Assembly (NCBI GenBank): GCA_050952625.1
Contig: JBMNLH010000001.1
Location: forward strand, 512,001-576,000
Length of the DNA stretch: 64,000 nucleotides
From: Bacillota bacterium
GTDB taxonomy: Bacteria > Bacillota > Ch66 > Ch109
Direction of reading: 5' to 3'
This document shows, piece by piece, positions 59,150 through 64,000 of this stretch. The translations under genes and the position numbers were made by a program. Every line of letters starts with the position of its first letter. Position 1 is the stretch's first letter. The notes under the pieces are model-generated. The model saw only the letters and a list, made by a program, of their open reading frames with translations. It did not search any database and had not been told where the DNA came from.

Positions 59150-59403
59150 TTGTTTCTACCCCCACTTAATAATCTTAGTGCTTCAGTCGGTCCGCACTAG
59201 GGAGGCCCCTGTTAAAACAGTCCAGCCTCGTAATACACTATTTTGACATTTTTCTAGAGATTCCTGCTTTTGGATCAAAAAATTTTCCAATAAAGCTAAA
59301 AAATTTCTATCGAAGAAGTCGAATTTCGGACCATTCATTCTAGAAATATTTATGGATTAATGATAAAGTAATCAATAATGGAATGGTCGTGGGAGGTGAA
59401 TAA

Positions 59404-59649
59404 ATGTCAGTATTCGGGTTTTTGCCCAGTGTGGGGCCGTGGGAACTAATTTTAATTTTAGTCATTGCCTTAATTATTTTCGGGCCTGGCAAATTACCGG
59501 AGGTTGGACGTTCTCTGGGCAAGAGTATCAATGAATTTAAACGAGCTTCGGTAGATATTAAAAAACAAATTGAGGACGAGGTTAAAGAAGTAAAACAGGT
59601 TACAGAAGACACCACGATCAGTAATAATGCTGCTAAAGAAAAGGTTTAA
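59404..59649 (+). CDS. tatA: Twin-arginine translocase TatA
   Basis: [33 protein letters not shown]. Confidence 0.93.
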   Translation: MSVFGFLPSVGPWELILILVIALIIFGPGKLPEVGRSLGKSINEFKRASVDIKKQIEDEVKEVKQVTEDTTISNNAAKEKV

Positions 59650-59788
59650 AGAAAAGGTCTATGCAAAATGTTTAATAATAACAACAATTAGATTACTTGT
59701 TGACAGAAAGGCGAAAGATGTGTTATCTTTATCGCCGGTATGTTAAACCGGATATTATTCCGATCATCAACTGAATACCGGATAGGTA

Positions 59789-59963
59789 CTCTTATCCAGA
59801 GAGGTGGAGGGATGGGCCCGATGAAACCCGGCAACCAGACAACTGAAGGGAACACAGCTCCAATCAGTCGTCCGCGGTGCCAATTCCCACAGAATACGTT
59901 TGTATTCTGATAGATGAGAGAAGGGCCGGCTGACTAAACCCCTTCTTAATCGAAGGGGTTTTT
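59789..59963 (+). promoter_or_regulatory. SAM-I (S-box) riboswitch with terminator
   Basis: CTTATCCAGAGAGGTGGAGGGA..GGCCCGATGAAACCCGGCAACC...GGTGCCAATTCC...GATGAG, then AAACCCCTTC/GAAGGGGTTTTT. Confidence 0.95.
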
Positions 59964-60068
59964 ATATGAGTGCTGTTTATATAGCTGTTCATATGATTTT
60001 GTTTAAGTAGATACAATTAGATTGACATTATTTTAACGGATCTCACCTTTTCATTAAGCTTCAAAGGA

Positions 60069-62531
60069 GTGGGTGCATTGGAGTCAAACAGTAAACTAGG
60101 AAAATGGGTCAAGGAACGGGTTTTAGTTCTGGATGGAGCGATGGGGACCATGCTGCAGGCCCGGGGGCTTAAGCCAGGTGAGTGTCCGGAATTGCTGAAT
60201 TTAACCAAACCAGAGGCGGTCCAGGCGGTTCACCAGGCCTACGTCGAGGCCGGGGCCAGCATTATTCAAACCAATACCTTTGGGGGCAATCGTTATAAAC
60301 TTGGGGAATACGGCTTGGCCGGGCAAGTCAAAGAAATTAATCAGGCAGCGGTTCGTCTGGCTCGGGAAGTGGCCGGAGATAGAGCTCTAGTGGCTGTATC
60401 TATCGGACCGACGGGCTTGCTTAGTGAACCCTATGGCGAGGCCACTTTTGATCATTTTTATGCCGCTTTTGCGGAACAAGCCCGGGCGGTCGAAGAGGCC
60501 GGGGCTGATTTGATTAGCCTTGAGACCATGTCTGACTTACAAGAGATCCGGGCTGCGTTGATTGCGGTCAAAGAAAATACCAGCCGGCCGGTCCTGGCCC
60601 AGATGACTTTTGAACCGAACGGGCGGACCATGATGGGGACCGATCCGACCACCGCAGCCGTCGTATTGGAAGCATTGGGAGCGGATGCAGTAGGGGCTAA
60701 TTGTTCCGGCGGTCCAGCTGAATTGCTGACTGTGCTGCAGGAGATGGCTCAGGTTACCAGTCTACCCCTGGTGGTGCAGCCTAATGCTGGTCTGCCCCGG
60801 TTGGTCGACGGCCGGACGGTCTTTGATCAGACCCCCGAGACCATGGCTGCCTATGCCGTAAAGTTATTAGAAACTGGGGCCTGGATCATCGGCGGGTGCT
60901 GCGGCACCACCCCAGAGCATATTCAGGCGATCAGTCAGGCGTTACAAGGCAAAAGAGTGGTGGTCCGGCCACGTCAGCGGTATTCTACCCTGACCAGCCG
61001 GTCCCAAACGGTGATAATTGCGGCCGACCATCCGCCGGTATTTGTGGGCGAGCGCATTAATCCAACGGCCCGAAAAAAGTTAGCTCAGGATATTCGGGAA
61101 GGCCGGATGCAGATGGTCCTAGATGAAGCCCGAGGCCAGGTGGAGGCTGGGGCCCCGATCCTGGATGTGAATATGGGTGTCCCCGGCATTGACGAGCCGG
61201 CCGCGATGAAACAGGCGGTTATTCAGATTCAGGGAGCCGTGAAAGTTCCGCTATCCCTTGATTCAGCCAATCCAGCGGCAATCGAAGCCGGGCTCAAGGC
61301 CTATGCCGGCAAAGCCCTCATTAATTCGGTTAATGGGGAAGAAAAAAGCTTGCGGGTAGTTCTCCCGCTAGCTCGAAAATATGGGGCAGCGGTATTAGGT
61401 TTAACGTTAGATGAGCGAGGAATTCCGGCGACTGCCGAAGAACGGCTAGCGATCGCCGGTCGGATTGTTCAGGCGGCAGAGGAGTATGGGATTGCCCGGG
61501 AGGATGTCTATATCGACTGTCTGGTTCAAACAGCCAGCGCGCAACAGGTTCAAGTGATGGAGACCTTGAAGGGAGTACAACTAGTTAAGGAAAAACTGGG
61601 GGTTAAGACCATGCTGGGCGTGAGTAATGTGTCGCACGGCCTCCCGGCCCGGGAAATACTCAATTCTACTTTCTTGGCCATGGCCCTTGGATTTGGTCTG
61701 GATCTCCCAATTATTAACCCCTTTGATCAGCGGATGCGGGAGGTTCTGGCGGCTGCGGCGGTTTTGACTAATCGGGATCAGTACTGCGGGCGATATATCG
61801 AACAGTTTAAGGATTATGCAGCCGCAACCAAGCCGGCTCCAACTGCGGTTAAAACGGAGGCAATAGTTGCCGCCAAGCCAGCCACGAGCGAGGCAGTTGA
61901 CATATCGATCAAATCGAGAATTCAACAAGCGATTATTGACGGCGACCGGAACAGTATTCAGGAACTGATTCAGCAGGCCCTAGTGCTAGGATTAAAACCG
62001 CTGGCTTTAGTGAATGAAGCGATGATTCCGGGAATCGACGAAGTAGGCCGACGTTATGAGGATCAGACTTTTTTTCTGCCCCAGCTGATCCTAGGGGCAG
62101 AAACCATGAAGGCCGGCTTTGAGGTATTGCGGCCACTGCTGAGTAGTAATGAGGGCCGGTCCGTCGGGAAAATTGTCCTGGCCACGGTGCAGGGAGACAT
62201 CCACGACATTGGCAAAAACATAGTGGCAGTCATGCTGGAGAATTACGGATTTCAGGTGATTGATTTGGGCAAGGATGTTCCAACGATAGAGATAGTTGAG
62301 CGCGCGGAAAAAGAACAGGCTGAGCTAATCGGACTGAGTGCCTTGATGACCACCACCATGCCGCGAATGGCGGAAGTAGTCAGTGAGGTGCGGAAACGAG
62401 GTCTGGCTGCCCGGGTCATGATTGGGGGAGCCGTGGTGACCGAGGATTATGCCCGGAAGATTGGAGCAGATGCTTACGCGGCGGATGCCCGGGCTGGGGT
62501 GTTGCGGGCGTTGGAACTGGTGGGCGCTTAA
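60069..62531 (+). CDS. metH: Cobalamin-dependent methionine synthase (no reactivation domain)
   Basis: DGAMGT, GGCCGT, GERIN, DIHDIGKNIV, SALMTTT. Confidence 0.92.
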   Translation: MGALESNSKLGKWVKERVLVLDGAMGTMLQARGLKPGECPELLNLTKPEAVQAVHQAYVEAGASIIQTNTFGGNRYKLGEYGLAGQVKEINQAAVRLAREVAGDRALVAVSIGPTGLLSEPYGEATFDHFYAAFAEQARAVEEAGADLISLETMSDLQEIRAALIAVKENTSRPVLAQMTFEPNGRTMMGTDPTTAAVVLEALGADAVGANCSGGPAELLTVLQEMAQVTSLPLVVQPNAGLPRLVDGRTVFDQTPETMAAYAVKLLETGAWIIGGCCGTTPEHIQAISQALQGKRVVVRPRQRYSTLTSRSQTVIIAADHPPVFVGERINPTARKKLAQDIREGRMQMVLDEARGQVEAGAPILDVNMGVPGIDEPAAMKQAVIQIQGAVKVPLSLDSANPAAIEAGLKAYAGKALINSVNGEEKSLRVVLPLARKYGAAVLGLTLDERGIPATAEERLAIAGRIVQAAEEYGIAREDVYIDCLVQTASAQQVQVMETLKGVQLVKEKLGVKTMLGVSNVSHGLPAREILNSTFLAMALGFGLDLPIINPFDQRMREVLAAAAVLTNRDQYCGRYIEQFKDYAAATKPAPTAVKTEAIVAAKPATSEAVDISIKSRIQQAIIDGDRNSIQELIQQALVLGLKPLALVNEAMIPGIDEVGRRYEDQTFFLPQLILGAETMKAGFEVLRPLLSSNEGRSVGKIVLATVQGDIHDIGKNIVAVMLENYGFQVIDLGKDVPTIEIVERAEKEQAELIGLSALMTTTMPRMAEVVSEVRKRGLAARVMIGGAVVTEDYARKIGADAYAADARAGVLRALELVGA

Positions 62532-62644
62532 ATAAAAGAGAAAAAAGACATGATCTTTTTGACGTTGCCCCAAGGACGCAAGCACCTTTGAAAATAACAC
62601 AAAGGATAAGAAACCGTGTTAGTACCGAATAGGGAGGGAATTGA

Positions 62645-63859
62645 GTGAGTTTTAAACGAACCTATGCCGAAATCAATGAAAAGATCAAAAAAGGTCAAGC
62701 GGTAGTTGTTACCGCGGAAGAGGTTATTGGCCTGGTGGAGCAGAAGGGAGTAGCCGAGGTTGCCCGAGAGGTAGATGTTGTTACCACAGGTACTTTCGGG
62801 CCGATGTGTTCCTCCGGCGTGTTCTTGAACTTTGGCCATCCCAAACCACGGATTCGGATGAAAAAGGTCTGGTTAAATGGGGTTGCTGCTTACGCCGGGA
62901 TCGCGGCGGTCGATGCCTACCTAGGGGCCACTGAACTGCCGGATAATGACCCGGAGAATAAGCACGGTCCCGGCCGGTTCCTCTACGGCGGCGGTCACGT
63001 TATTGAAGACCTGGTGGCTCGGCGTCCGGTTCGGCTGGAGGCGACAGCCTATCCAACCAACTGTTACCCCCGGCGCCGGATAGAGACAACCATTACCCTG
63101 GATGAGATTAACGAGGCAACTTTATTTAACCCGAGAAACGCCTATCAGAACTATAATGTGGCGGTTAACCGGTCCAACAAAACAATCTACACCTATCTGG
63201 GCATGTTAAAACCCAACTTAGGCAATGCCTCCTATTCAAGTGCCGGTCAATTGAGCCCGCTCCTGAATGACCCATATTTCCGAACGATTGGAATCGGGAC
63301 CCGAATCTTTCTCGGAGGAGGCGTTGGTTATGTAGCCTGGCACGGGACCCAGCACAGCCCTTGCGGAACGCGGGGCGAGAATGGGGTTCCCCAAGGGGGA
63401 GCGGGTACTCTGGCGGTGGTTGGCAATTTGAAACAGATGAAACCGGAGTGGCTGCGGGGAACCAGTTTAACTGGTTATGGGGCCTCTCTGACAGTAGGCC
63501 TGGGGATTCCAATTCCGATCTTGGACGAAGAGATGCTGCGCTATACAGCAGTCAGGGACGAGGAGATTTTTGCCCCGCTGATTGATTATAGTGAGGATTT
63601 TCCCCAGTGCCGACCAAGCAACCTTGGTCTGGTTAGCTATGCGGAACTGAAAAGCGGCCAAATTACGATTGAGGGGAAAGAAGTACCAACTAATCCGATG
63701 TCCAGTTACCCGGCAGCGCGCAAGATTGCCCAAACACTTAAAGAGTGGATCCAAAAAGGTGAGTTTTTGTTAACCGAACCAGTTGAGTTGCTGCCTTCCG
63801 CTGACTCCGGGATTAAAATGAACAGCTTGGTGGAGAGAAACGGGGTCAACGGCAAGTAA
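62645..63859 (+). CDS. DUF39 homocysteine biosynthesis protein (aspartate-semialdehyde sulfurtransferase)
   Basis: RTYAEINEKI..G.AVVVTAEE, VDVVTTGTFGPMCSSG, NPRNAYQNY, TIGIGTRIFLGG. Confidence 0.88.
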   Translation: MSFKRTYAEINEKIKKGQAVVVTAEEVIGLVEQKGVAEVAREVDVVTTGTFGPMCSSGVFLNFGHPKPRIRMKKVWLNGVAAYAGIAAVDAYLGATELPDNDPENKHGPGRFLYGGGHVIEDLVARRPVRLEATAYPTNCYPRRRIETTITLDEINEATLFNPRNAYQNYNVAVNRSNKTIYTYLGMLKPNLGNASYSSAGQLSPLLNDPYFRTIGIGTRIFLGGGVGYVAWHGTQHSPCGTRGENGVPQGGAGTLAVVGNLKQMKPEWLRGTSLTGYGASLTVGLGIPIPILDEEMLRYTAVRDEEIFAPLIDYSEDFPQCRPSNLGLVSYAELKSGQITIEGKEVPTNPMSSYPAARKIAQTLKEWIQKGEFLLTEPVELLPSADSGIKMNSLVERNGVNGK

Positions 63860-63892
63860 GGTTATTAAACAGGGAAGAGAGGGGTTGCGGGA

Positions 63893-64000
63893 GTGGTTAA
63901 TCAAAAAGTCGTTCTGAAGTTTTCTGCCGCTTTGGTTGAACAACCGATTATTTATCGGCTGATTAAAAATTATGACCTGATGGTTAATATAATAAAGGCG
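63893..64000 (+). CDS. NIL-domain (ferredoxin) protein, partial
   Basis: MVNQKVVLKFSAALVEQPIIYRLIKNYDLMVNIIKA, the usual partner of DUF39. Runs off the window edge. Confidence 0.8.
   Translation, partial: MVNQKVVLKFSAALVEQPIIYRLIKNYDLMVNIIKA

Overview
Chromosomal window from an anaerobic, spore-forming Bacillota (Clostridia-type) bacterium. Bases 1-4.5 kb are a mobile-element pile: an IS1634-like fragment, an IS256 with an internal stop, a 5'-truncated Rpn gene and a class IIC group II intron. Most of the rest is housekeeping and sporulation: five tRNAs, pdaD-speE-speB, sleB-ypeB, rnhA, pdaB, tRNA-Val, ytxC-thrS-infC-rpmI-rplT, T-box pheST, zapA-polX-U32-mutS2, PBP1A, tyrS, galU, yunB, flgG-flgJ/SLT, tatA and SAM-I metH-DUF39-NIL. 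The best candidate for an undescribed system is the ~9 kb locus at 46.5-55.6 kb. It has two back-to-back Moco-family riboswitches, both lacking P3 (the proposed tungsten-cofactor type). They lie upstream of a type II ABC importer, a radical SAM enzyme, an apparently circularly permuted alkaline-phosphatase-fold protein and a 43-aa Cys-rich peptide (followed by a MOT1 transporter) on one side, and a TsaA-FmdE fusion plus ModD on the other. Also notable: a 5x107-bp tandem array between pheS and pheT with an inverted solo copy after thrS, a structured leader upstream of the polyamine operon, several dispersed MITE/REP-like families and probable ATT start codons. All calls are by eye; no database searches were run.
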